This document shows, piece by piece, positions 51,566 through 64,000 of a stretch of 64,000 bases of DNA. The position numbers and the translations under genes were made by a program. The DNA is taken from NCBI GenBank assembly GCA_964016885.1, contig OZ024740.1:239940001-240004000 (forward strand). The letters run 5' to 3'. Under the pieces are notes generated by a model that worked only from the letters and a program-made list of their open reading frames with translations, ran no database searches and was not told the origin of the DNA. The number at the start of each line of letters is the position of its first letter. Position 1 is the first letter of the stretch. The DNA is from Eledone cirrhosa. Lineage: Eukaryota.

Positions 51566-51813
51566 GCTCAGTTTGCGCATGCGCCACATCCGGGTGTCTG
51601 TGTGTGTTTGTGTTCATTTATCTATTTGTTTATTTATTTATTTATTTACATGTTGTTGGTTGGTTGTTTGTTCTATGTGTGTGTGTGTTTTCATTTTGTC
51701 CTTAATTGTAAGTTGTGATGTTGCTGTTCCACTCATATTTTCTATTTAATTTTGGTCGTAATTCTTTTATGTTTATTGCCTCTGTAATTTGTCTAGACAA
51801 ATTATAATATAAT

Positions 51814-52727
51814 AATACCACATATGGCGGAGGGGGTATTAATATCTCGGCTACAAACGGGGTGGCTAAGGAGGGCTAGAAGTGCAAATAGTGTAAGCTT
51901 GACAGCAGTCACTATCCTTCTGTGGTTACTCTACCGTAGGGAGTTATAGTAAATAAAAAGAAATACACAGGTGCATGCGAATACGTTGAAGAATATTGGG
52001 TATATATATATTTTTTATTTATATCTAATGTTTCTTCTTTCTTTATAATGTATTATATAGCTCTGATATTGAGTCAATCTAATTCATTCAGATTATATTG
52101 TCCCTATTAATCATAGAGCAACAACGGTTAAGGTTGGCACCACACAAATTCAGGGATATATGTGTGTATATGCATGTATATGTATGTATTCGCATGTATC
52201 TGTGTATTTCTTTTTATTGTCTATAACTCCCTACGGTAGAGTAACCACTGAAGTATAGTGACTGCTGTCAAGCTTACACTATTTACACTTCTAGCCCTCC
52301 TTAGCCACCTCATCTGTAGCCGAGATATTAATACCCCCTCCGCCATTTGTAGTATTTTTCTCTTGGTTGTAAGAGGCTTAACTCTGTTTCTTGACCGCTG
52401 TATCACGTGATAAGTTGGCAAACCTCACAAAAATACTGCATCTCTATGATGTAATGTTTTTGCATAGTAGCCACGAAACTGCGCAGTCGAGGATGTTGGA
52501 GAATATTGGGTATATATATATTTGTTTTATTTATGTCTAATGTTTTTTCTTTTTTTATAATGTATTATATAGCTCTGATATTGAGTCAATCTAATTCATT
52601 CAGATTATTTTGCCCCTATTAATCATAGAGCAACAACGATTAAGGTTGGCACCACACAAATTCAGGGATATATGTGTGTATATGCATGTATTTGTATGTA
52701 TTCGCATGTATCTGTGTATTTCTTTTT

Positions 52728-52732
<5 letters not shown>
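51814..52732. repeat. Interlocked inverted (51814-51984/52186-52356) and direct (51985-52220/52495-52732) repeats
   Basis: Direct sequence comparison. Confidence 0.85.
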
Positions 52733-52779
<47 letters not shown>

Positions 52780-53359
52780 CATTTTTTTTGTTAACTTCCT
52801 TCCTTGACCTTCTCACACTACCCTTACGTGTATCTGTTCTCTCCTTATCCGAACTTTCCTGGGGAAGGACTTTTGTCCGAAACGGTGAAACCTCCTGCAT
52901 TTCCATTAAGCGTGAACCTAATATAAATGTCAAATTGCCTTTTCTTTTGTTTCATTTATTAACTATAAATAAATATATATATATAAACATGCATGTGTGT
53001 GTCAATATATATGTTTGTGTGTGTGCGTGTGTGTGTGTGTCTGTGTGTTTGTGTATACATACATAAATATATTACTACAACTACTATTTTACATACAAGT
53101 ATTTAAATTGCATCGCTTATTAGAGTATAACGTATTCGTGCACACTCTTCACTCTATGACATTGAGAAAAGGCAGATATGTTTGGCTCCATAACGCTATG
53201 TTCCATATTTGGAGCTGAATTCAATGCGGGGTGTCAATTGGTTTATGAATTGAAATTGAAAGGTACTGATGATTGTGCAATTTAATAGCTCGATGTGAAA
53301 TGTTATGGATGTAATACTTTTCTAAACTGTTTTCTCTCTCTCTCTCTCTTTCTCTTTCT

Positions 53360-53427
<68 letters not shown>

Positions 53428-53462
53428 TCTCTCCCCCTCTCTCTCTCTACCCCTCTCCCCCC

Positions 53463-53506
<44 letters not shown>

Positions 53507-53508
<2 letters not shown>

Positions 53509-55450
53509 ACAAACCATTTAAGGGTTAGTTCGCCTCGTGGTCCCGGCAGACATATTAGAGAAGACATGGCCTTGGAGGGTGGCGTCGGAAACGCACTGGA
53601 ACAGCCACTCCAACTCGTTGGGCTCGCATTTGCGGTTATCCAACTCTGTTTCGATAGCAATGAGTAGGGATGTGGTGGAGGGACCAAGAATGCCGGGGGT
53701 GTCCGCTGTCACAGGTTTGACGACAAACCTGTCAGTGAGTAGCCGATACTTTGACAGTTTGCTCTCTTCAGCCTCACAAGCAGTATTGCAGATGTGGCAT
53801 CCCAGATGAGGGTCCTACCGCCGCGGAACGAAAAAATTGTCTTGCCGTATGGCTTTTTGCCGTCTCCTCGGTAGAGCCCTGTTGGCTCAAGCTGGGAAAG
53901 GGAAGCCTGCGGTGTCCAGACCATGCTTTATAATCTCGTTGAGAGCAGCATAACGTTGACGGTGACTAGCACTGTAATGACATGAAAGTGGGTGGAGACC
54001 GTAAGAAGCCACTGTGGAACCGCTGTCACCCGCACATCCGGAGTCCGAGCCTCTGGGCAACACTGATGCTCGAACAGTCACTGTCGAGCTGAGTACCATT
54101 CGGGAGTGATATTCTGAGTTGAGGCAGACACCCTTATAGGGTTGGGAAGCCGAGTGAAAACATGCCAGACTGTACTGGTCAAGCCGGCGCACCAGCCTGT
54201 CCGAGTTCATGTTGTATTAGATGGCGTCTCATTTGTTTTGAAGGAACTGGACGTCTACAACAGAGAGAGGAGGATGGACATCTGCAGGGCGGAAATTGAG
54301 CTGGTTCCAGGTCGTGTTGACCGTCTGGCGTTCCCCATTACAATAGGTTCAGTTGTATTGGGGAGAAACCTGTTGATGAGGACACGGCAGGAAGGTCACC
54401 GACGAAAGAAATGCCGGAAGAGTCAGTGAGACTGGGGACTAGAGAATGGAGACGAAGGCCACCATATCTGGCGGTTAAGGTGACATGTTGCTCTCCGGTC
54501 TCATCAGACCGGGAGTTGCATATCTCCGTCGGATACAGACATTGGGATGTATGAGGAAAGAAGTATGGCTGTAGCAGAGGGCACTGCGGAAGGTGTGTAG
54601 AAACTTCGGTATGGTGGAGCAGTTCCTTAACAAGATGAGCGCCGAGGGTGTGTTGATCAGGTTCAGTCTGGCGAAGCCTGGACGTGAGGGTGGAGCGAAT
54701 GGCAGGCGGGGGGATCATCAAACCAAGAATACGGTCGTCTTCTTTAGAAGTAACTTGCACATGCGTCGTAATTGACTTTTATGACCGACTTAGACGAGTT
54801 GATCTCGAGGCCGATCCTCACTAGGGCAGAAGCCAGTAATCGGAAATCTTGGCAGACACGCCTATCTTCTCATCGTCCAGGTATCAGACGTTGGGAAGGA
54901 CCATGATCCTCTGAGCAACATTTTCTAGCATGAGAGTGTTGAGAAGGAGGCCCAATTGTGTTCGCAATGAGGAGTATGTTTGGTGACCCATACGACAGTA
55001 AGCCAGTGGGTAGGCGGTCAGAGCACAACTGAGGCAAGCCTCCGGCAAGTGGTCACGGTGCAGTCATTTGAAGGCATTTCTCATATCAAGCTTGACGATA
55101 AGGTACCTGGAATCACTCGACGCCTGCTCGAGAGGGCAATCGCTAAAGAACTCTATAGCGGCGTGGGTGATCCACTCGCACCCGCAGGCCACACATACCC
55201 TATCTGCACCGGGCTGAGTTCCTCACCTAATTCGGATGTGACAGACATACAGATGACCTTGGCTGCGAACTATCGGAAGACATTGACATCAGTTTGCAAC
55301 CGTCTTTCCTCCTGAGAGTGTTTAGACGGGACGAAAAGAAGAGGCTTCGGGAATAGGGGTCCATGGCGTCGTCGATGAACCTGTTAATGTGAGCCACAAC
55401 TACCTGGCTTTGGCAGTGAATGGGAGAACAGGTCTTTTATGCGGCTAAGT
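53507..55450 (-). mobile_element. Decayed CRE-clade RT-RLE non-LTR retrotransposon
   Basis: FSSRLNTLRRKDG, KLDMRNAF, YLDD (54872-54883), [39 protein letters not shown]; 3' end abuts (GA)n. Confidence 0.78.
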
Positions 55451-56088
55451 ACTCTCCATCGTTTTGAACATTTCACCATTCGACAGAGATGTTTAGTGAT
55501 TTGGTTATTAGTCGCAGGAAATGATTATATATTTAAGTTAATTGAACAAATGTGTATAAAACTGTTATCCTTTTAAGGTCTGCACCCTAGGTAGCAGCCT
55601 AGTTGACCTAATTGCAATGCTAGGAAGCATTGTTGCAACATACCACAGCATAACATGATAAAGCTCGACTAAATGTGTCTGTAGAAATAAAAGGTGAAAC
55701 TATTTATCTTTCTTTGTATTCTGTAAAGGCCAGCGGTAACAGCTGGAACCAGCAAATGAAAGAAGGTTGTCACGTTCTTTCATTCACTCGGTCTTCCCCT
55801 ATGACCTGCATAACCTCTGGTGGGTGTTAGCTCATGACCCGAGGAGTGAAACATTCAGATATCTTAATACTGACATTAATATCTCATATATTAGTATTAA
55901 GACCAACGTAGCTAGTATCAGATGATCGGCGGTGGAATGCTATTCATAAGAGATGTGCTCGATCAGAGTTGACCTAGGGTTACAGTCCAATAACAACGAC
56001 TGATATATTAAAATAGTTTAAACTTTTCTTATCTATTTTTTCATATATAGCTAACAGATCCCGACGTTCACAATCTCTCATTCCCTTT

Positions 56089-56206
56089 TAACTGAAGTAT
56101 AATACATAAAAAATAAACGGATTCTCTTCAGCTAGCTCGTAAACAAAAATTATACGAAGCTAGCTGAAGGGAATCCGTTTATTTTTTATGTATTATACTT
56201 CAGTTA
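56089..56206. repeat. About 50-bp-arm fold-back palindrome next to (TC)n(TA)n
   Basis: TAACTGAAGTATAATACATAAAAAATAAACGGATTC.CTTCAGCTAGCT and its reverse complement. Confidence 0.85.
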
Positions 56207-56210
56207 TCTA

Positions 56211-56286
<76 letters not shown>

Positions 56287-56500
56287 ACAATTCCTTTGTT
56301 ATATATATATATATTCATCTCCTATGCGTGATACTTATAAGGCTGTTTTTGCATCCCTCTGTTTTTATGTTGACATTTCTTTATATATATATAGATATAG
56401 GCGATGCCCCAGCATGGCCACAGACTAATGACAGAAACCGGTAAAAGAATATACTCGCATATATATATGTGTTTATGTATACACACACACTCACTCACGC

Positions 56501-56580
<80 letters not shown>

Positions 56581-57253
56581 ACTCTCTCTCTCTCTCTCTC
56601 TGATAGCTCTCTCTCTGATAGCTCTCTCTCTCTTTATTTTTCTCCTCCTCTCTCTCACGCACATACACGTTCCAGCAGGCACTGCTTATTGCACATTATG
56701 TTTTCCTTGATTCTTTCGTCGTTATCTATTCGTTACTGCTAGTTTCTCTCAATCCGATGTTGAAATTAGCGAGGTAGCCACCTTCACATCAAACACAGCT
56801 TTTGTAGTGTTTGTCTTTTCATTACTATTATTATTTTATCTACCATTTTATACAAGCACCACTTCAACACACCTATCAATGATCCTTTTCTCCCAGACAA
56901 ACACGCACACACACACATATATTCATACATATTTACTCATGCACTCATACATCTATACTACTTGTACAGCCCATAGACGCGCGCGCACTCGTTCAAGCAG
57001 AGGCCAGTAAAAATTTATACATATACATACATATATATATATATATATAATACATATACATATATATGTATATATGGATATATTTCGACGTGTGTCAAGA
57101 CATTTCAGATACTCGGTGAATAGATGTTTAAACGTGTCGCGAAATATCCAGGGGTACAGAGAAGTGGAGGTATCATGAAGAAAAGCCAGTACAGCTAACA
57201 ACAGTCGTAGCAGCCACAAAAACAATAGCATAAACATCATCATCAACAACAAT

Positions 57254-57279
57254 TACTACTACTACTACTACTACTACTT

Positions 57280-57339
<60 letters not shown>

Positions 57340-57346
57340 TTACTAC

Positions 57347-57415
<69 letters not shown>
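57254..57415. repeat. (TAC)n microsatellite
   Basis: Directly visible. Confidence 0.95.
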
Positions 57416-57417
<2 letters not shown>

Positions 57418-58982
57418 GTTTTTATTTGAAATTTTATCCAGCAATAACAGTGAAAATTCACAAGAAACGCCACAGTACCTTCATTTAAAAGAACAATCTT
57501 AGAACTAAAACTCCCTCTTTTCTGTGAACGATTCTATCTCACTCACTCAGTAACAAGAATGTCTGCTCATCACGGAAACACAGTTTTAATCAGTGTTGAT
57601 GGAAGCGGGGAGGCAGATCATGCATTAACATGTAAGTGTTGACACATAAACCATTTTTTGTTGAAGATATTTCATATTTTCAACTACTTTCTTCTTTTGA
57701 TACCTTCATTTTTTTTTCTTTCATACTTTACACTTTCTCTTCTACTAGTTCTTTCATCTATTTTTACCCTGCTTTCGATGCTTCCGACCAGAGTTTTCTC
57801 TTTTTTATTTTTTCATATCGCTTCCGTTAGCTAAAAATATCAAGAATTCCAAGATTGTTAAATTTTAAATTCTAAACATCACCAAAATCACTCCACTATT
57901 AATCTTTGGTGCTCCTTTTCTCACAAAAGATGTACCACCACTCCCTTGCCCTTCATGCTGATACTTATAGAAATTATTTAACTCCTCTCTTACTAATTCC
58001 TTCACTCTTTTATCTCCTCTCTCTTTCACTCTCTCCGTCTCATTCCTGCCTATTCTCAAAATATTCTTATTACGCGCTAATAAATTGTTCAGGGTTTGTA
58101 TCATAACACCTAGCCTCTCTCATCGTTTTTCTCATATCTTAAAATCCCTCATTTTAATTTTCCAAAATACACTTCATTTTATTTTTCTTTACAAGCAATA
58201 CTATAGAATGTGGGAAAATTTGAGAAATTTTAATCCTTTTTCTATTGATTGAAATAATTTTAAAATAAACATTTGTAATTACGACTTTCATGAAGTCTAC
58301 CCGTAATCATTAAAGTAGTTTTCTTATCAAATGCAATAATTATTTCTTTTGTATTTCTATCAGCTTCCTCTCACAGAATCTCGATATATTTATTAATCTC
58401 TATCTTTCGATATGAACTTGTAGGTGAAAATTTACCTCAACCATCACGTGGAGATGTGAATAAGCAATGTTCACATCTATGTCACTATATGAGTTTCCAT
58501 TGGTGGAACAATCTCAAATTTATAAGAGGGACAGCACAACTACATTACCAACACACACACACAAGCACGCACACATACACAGCCATATACACGCATACAC
58601 ACGCATACACACATACACAAACATTCGCGCACGCACATACATACACATACACATACACACATATACACAAACACACTCACACACTTATAAGCAAGACACG
58701 TATGTAAATAATGTCCGTAAACCCCGAAGCCATAGATTACCACCTGCTTCAACATATAGCAAACACACATACATACATATATATATATATATAGACATAC
58801 ACCCGCACTTATGTAAACATACACATATAGATATATACATATATATATATATATATATTCATATATATGTATATATATATATATGTTATATATTTCTGTA
58901 GAAAAGATAAAGGAAAGAAGAGTGCTCTATGTATAGTAGAGAGCTATTTAATTATATAATAAACAACACTATATAATTATTC

Positions 58983-59047
58983 CATTACCAAAGGTTTCAG
59001 CAAAACTAGACGATCTTAACAGAAATGTCCAGTACGCTCATCAGATG
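58983..59047 (-). ncRNA. Type I hammerhead motif
   Basis: CAT-CTGATGA-GC..ACTGGAC...GTCTAGT..GCT-GAAA-CC-TTT-GG-TA-ATG; GUA triplet. Confidence 0.6.
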
Positions 59048-59080
<33 letters not shown>

Positions 59081-59237
59081 GTGTGCGTACATATATATAT
59101 TTGTATTTATATACATGCAGACATATATATTCGTGTGTGGGTGAAGGACGAGCGTGCGTGTGTGCCTGTGTGTATGAAGAGTGAGTGATGTAGAGAAAGA
59201 GGAGAAATAGAGAAATCGAGTAGTAAATATTTGACGT

Positions 59238-59374
59238 ATAGAGTTACGGCCCTTGCCATTCTGAGTTCAAATCCCGCCGAGGTTAACTTTGCCTTTCATC
59301 CTTACGGGGGTCGATAAAATAAAGTACCAGTAATGTACTGGATAATTGCTGGCCTTGTGCCAAAAGTAGAAACA
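59238..59374 (+). mobile_element. 5'-truncated tRNA-derived SINE
   Basis: Same family as 30628. Confidence 0.8.
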
Positions 59375-59376
59375 GT

Positions 59377-59472
<96 letters not shown>

Positions 59473-59797
59473 ATATATATAAGTGAGTGTGTATATTTAT
59501 AACTATATGTATGTGTGAGTGCGCTTGTGCATACATATATACATACATCTATATATATAGTTCATTAAATGACAAGACAAACATATATATATATCCATAT
59601 TCGGTTTAGAATTCACTCATAGTCAAATACACCGATTGACGGTAAATCGATATATTTGAATGTATCGATCACACAAGAGATATATATAACTGAACAACTT
59701 GAGAATTGATCAATATAATATATAATCAAATAAACATCGAATTAGTCACTGCTTTGTTATGTAAAATCTATTAAAAACTAGATATAGCTACTGTTTG

Positions 59798-59838
<41 letters not shown>

Positions 59839-59858
59839 TGTATGTATATATATATATG

Positions 59859-59928
<70 letters not shown>

Positions 59929-60221
59929 CAAAAGGGATACTCAAGTTTTGGTACCCTTGAAATATATATAATAGAATAAATATGGTTTTATAAATATAGT
60001 TTCCATTTATTTAATATCATTGAGTATATATATATATATATATATATATATTAATATATTAGTGTGTATGTGTGTGTGTGTGTGCTTTATTATGGGTATA
60101 TTATAGATACTCACAGGACCATTAGACGAGACATTTGTCTTGTCAGATAACCCTGGGTGTGCACACGTGATACTCAGAGTAACGAAGCTCAACACTTAAC
60201 CTTAATATAGAATATTATTAT

Positions 60222-60409
60222 GCGGTGGATTTGGCAGTATCGGTAGAGGGTCGGACGCCATGCTTTGCAGCATAGAGCTACAGCCCTTTCCATTCTGAGT
60301 TCAAATCCCGCCGAGGTTAACTTTGTCTTTCATCCTTACGGGGTCGATAAAATAAAGTACCAGTAATGTACTGGGTGATTTGCTGGCCTTGAGCCAAAAG
60401 TAGAAACAA
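60222..60409 (+). mobile_element. Full-length tRNA-derived SINE
   Basis: A and B boxes, same family; ATTATTAT on both sides. Confidence 0.85.
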
Positions 60410-60518
60410 TTATTATATCGGTATAGAATACTCATTTTCGCATCATCAACATCACACGGACATATATATATATATATATGTGTGTGTCTGTGTGTGTGTG
60501 TCTCTGTGTGTGTGTCTC

Positions 60519-60550
<32 letters not shown>

Positions 60551-60799
60551 CACAACCCTATTCAACAACAATAATTGTAAAAGAATGCTACAAACCGATT
60601 CCAACCATGACCACCACACAAATACAATTACTTAGCTAAAACATAACATTTAACACAACAAAACGACGTCCACCACAAGCAGATCAATTACCAAATATAT
60701 CATGTCTAATCAACAAAACCTGAAACTCATCAACAAGATATATATCTGAAGCAAATTTAAAAAAAAAAAGAAAGACAACGTAATAATAACCAGCATACA

Positions 60800-60876
<77 letters not shown>

Positions 60877-60969
60877 TGAGTGTGTGTGTGTGTGTATATA
60901 TATTGGCGGAGCTGTCTTATTTTAGGTTGCTTTTCTAGGAATCTACCCATAGCTAAATTTGTAAAATTT

Positions 60970-61004
<35 letters not shown>

Positions 61005-61139
61005 GTAATCTGAGTTTTTCGAATATTAATAATAATATTCGATTCGTTTGCAATTATGCAAACAAGCCTCATTTTTAAAGCCATGTCAGTAGAATGAACC
61101 CTTCATTTTTGCTCTTGTGTTGGCATGTAAACAAAACTT

Positions 61140-61189
<50 letters not shown>

Positions 61190-61218
61190 GTATGCATGTG
61201 TGTGTATGTGTGTGTGTC

Positions 61219-61275
<57 letters not shown>

Positions 61276-61817
61276 ATATATATCATACAAATGCTCGTGT
61301 CCGAAAAACTTAGAGAACGTTTGTCCTATACGTCTATATCAATATTTCTGTGTATCTCCCTCTAACTCTGTCCATCAGTCTATCTAAACTTCACTTATTG
61401 CCTTCCGCCTCTTTCTCGAATTTAGCTCACCTGTGTGTTTGTTTGCCCGTCTAATCGAACGTCTGTGAATCCATTTGTCCGTCGGTCTGTTTATCTGCTT
61501 GTTCATCAATTCCTCCATCCGTTTATCCGTCCGTAAACCTACGACCCCCTCACCTATTATGGCCGTTACTAGACATACCAACCAAATCCATTTCAATTCT
61601 TCAATTGACAACCCAATGTCGAAAATATAGTCATATAATAAAAGCATAGTTAAAGCATAGTAAAAGACGGTCACTGCTAGAACACTTTTGTTCATAGACC
61701 TGTTCAATCAAGGTTTTCCTGTCGTTAAACAACACCAATAACAATAACAGTTTCTAGTTTTTTGGTGCAAGACCGGCAGCTTTTTAAAAAGAGGAAAGTC
61801 AGTTCAAGTGCTTGTCT

Positions 61818-61952
61818 GGTATTTTATTTTATTGATCCCAGGGAAGATGAAAGGTAATGTTGACTACGGCGGGATTTGAATTCAGAACGTAAAGGGCCGG
61901 AGCAAATGCAAAGCATTTTGTCTGACCCCCTAATGATTCTGCCAATCCACCG
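61818..61952 (-). mobile_element. Diverged SINE copy
   Basis: Reverse-complement match to the SINE head and body. Confidence 0.65.
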
Positions 61953-62094
61953 CATTACTATAATGATTACATAAGGTCTACATTGCTTTTTATTTTCCTG
62001 TCCAGAAAGTGTGAATGTTTCCTTATATTTCATGTTCTCCTAACAAGGAGCCAAGCAAACCCGTTACATTCCTCTTCTCATCACGAACATGTGT

Positions 62095-62282
62095 ACGACA
62101 GGAGCTTCTTTGCTCAGACATTTTCTCGGCCAAGGATGATCTTGGTGTAAACAATAACAACACTAACAATAACAACAACTTATTCTGTGAACATCACTGG
62201 ACGAATAAAGAAGGCACGCATATACATACATGCATACATATATACTTACATACACACACAATCACATATACACAAACATAAA

Positions 62283-62342
<60 letters not shown>

Positions 62343-62576
62343 AATAATATACATACATATATACACGCATACATACATATACATGCATACACATACACAT
62401 ACACAAGGACACACATATACATACATACACACTCATTCATACACTCATATATACACAAACATAACGACAGCAGCTTCTTTGCTCAGAGATTTTCTCGGCC
62501 AAGAATTATCTTGGTGTAAACAATAACAACACCAACAATAACAATAACTTATTCCGTGAACGTCATTGGACGAATA
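62095..62576. repeat. 113-bp direct repeat (62095-62207, 62464-62576) around a CA-rich microsatellite block
   Basis: Direct sequence comparison. Confidence 0.85.
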
Positions 62577-62823
62577 TATTTCCAATATAGACCATTACTT
62601 GCTTCCCTGCCAACGTCGGAAAAGACTCCACATGGTCACTTGACCTGCTAGAAATAACAAACACGACAACCTTTAATCTCGCCCTAAAAAGCCCGTACAA
62701 TAAAACAGTTTTCGATTCCCTACGCATACGGAAAGTAAGAATAGCTAAACAACAACAGCAAACACTGGGTTCATTGAACTATTGAGTTTTATTTATCTAG
62801 TAGTGGACCCGTTCTGTAAATAA

Positions 62824-62934
62824 TTGTTTCTACTTATGGCACAAGGCCAGCAATTATTCCAGTGTATTACTGGTACTTTATTTTATCGACCCCCGTAAGG
62901 ATGAAAGGCAAAGTTAACCTCGGCGGGATTTGAA
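62824..62934 (-). mobile_element. 5'-truncated SINE copy
   Basis: Reverse-complement match; another 3' end starts at about 63968. Confidence 0.8.
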
Positions 62935-63472
62935 TGACAGCAATAGTGTTGAACGTATTTCACTTTTGAAGTTCATGATTGCTGTGCAATATATACCACG
63001 TTTACCGGATATATGAAGTCATGCAAACTGGGAAATTTTCATTTTGATAAATTAATGATTTGCATAAGAGAAGTTCGGGGAAATGGCTAAAAATAAGAAT
63101 GATATCTTAATAATTTTGTTCTACCATATAGTTACATAAATGTGTAGTATATATATATATATATATACGTCCCCCACCAACACCCCACTCTCCAGAGCGT
63201 GAAATTAATAAACATTCGTTGTACTGCCTCTCTGTTTTGTCCCTGTTCAAATTTTTCCAGTATATATATATGCAAAAGTTCAACTTAAATTGTTGGGATA
63301 CAACAAGCAAATATTATTATAACTGATATAAAGCACTCGACAAATATTTGGAGTATATATACAGTATTAATAAATGGAAACTATATTTATAAAACCGGAT
63401 GGCCTCCAAAAACAACGGTCACCTTTTTGAAAGGGTATGTCAATTATCTATTTGTAAAACTATTATATATTG

Positions 63473-63537
63473 TATTTTGTCTGATGAAGGCATACCATGA
63501 TTTAACTTGGTATCCTTGAAATATATATAATGAAATA
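63473..63537 (+). ncRNA. Minimal type I hammerhead motif inside a short fold-back (arms about 63354-63396 and 63543-63585)
   Basis: TATTTTGT-CTGATGA-AGG-C-ATACCA..TGGTAT-CCTT-GAAA-T-ATAT-A-TA-ATGAAATA; related partial copy at about 59930-60020. Confidence 0.75.
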
Positions 63538-63574
63538 AATATGGTTTTATAAATATAGTTTCCATTTATTAATA

Positions 63575-63659
<85 letters not shown>

Positions 63660-64000
63660 CGCAGTTCAAGAGTAACCAATCTTAAAGAGAGAGATGGAGA
63701 TAGTAGAGGAGATAGGAGAGGAGAGATTGGTGAATTAGTTAGAATCCAAAGCGTAAAGGCATGTGCTCAATGTGCAATATGCAGTAGAAAGCAGCTAGGT
63801 GGCTGGGTTCATGCAGAAGTTAGGTGCGCAGAGCTGGAAATATTCATTAGTTAAGCAAAACAAGACAAACAAATTTCACAAGGAAGACATTATTAAAAGA
63901 TTGTCAACATATTTTAGTTTGATGTAAGGAATGTAGAGAATAATAATAATATTAATAATAATAATAATTGTTTCTACTTTAGGCACAAGGCCAGCAATTA

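Overview
This is an AT-rich, microsatellite-saturated eukaryotic window with no recognisable host gene. The repeat families suggest an animal, most likely an octopus or other cephalopod (inference). Nearly all interpretable sequence is mobile DNA. (1) Two intact, almost identical 5.8-kb Tx1-type (L1 superfamily) retrotransposons sit head-to-tail inside a (GATA)n tract, one with a visible 22-bp target-site duplication; three more Tx1 relatives lie in (GATA)n, (TA)n and (ATT)n tracts. (2) R4/Dong-type restriction-like-endonuclease elements sit in (CATA)n and (TAA)n tracts. (3) There are a decayed CRE-clade element and RTE remnants. (4) Penelope-like element (PLE) ends include a GIY-YIG fragment missed by the ORF track, long inverted repeats, and at least six different minimal type I hammerhead ribozyme motifs, some with unusually enlarged stem II. 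(5) There are two hAT elements with TIRs and TSDs, a decayed mariner, and about ten copies of one tRNA-derived SINE. The main themes are retroelements partitioning different microsatellites as landing sites, and hammerhead-carrying fold-back insertions at (TA)n. Coordinates were read by eye and may be off by a few bases.
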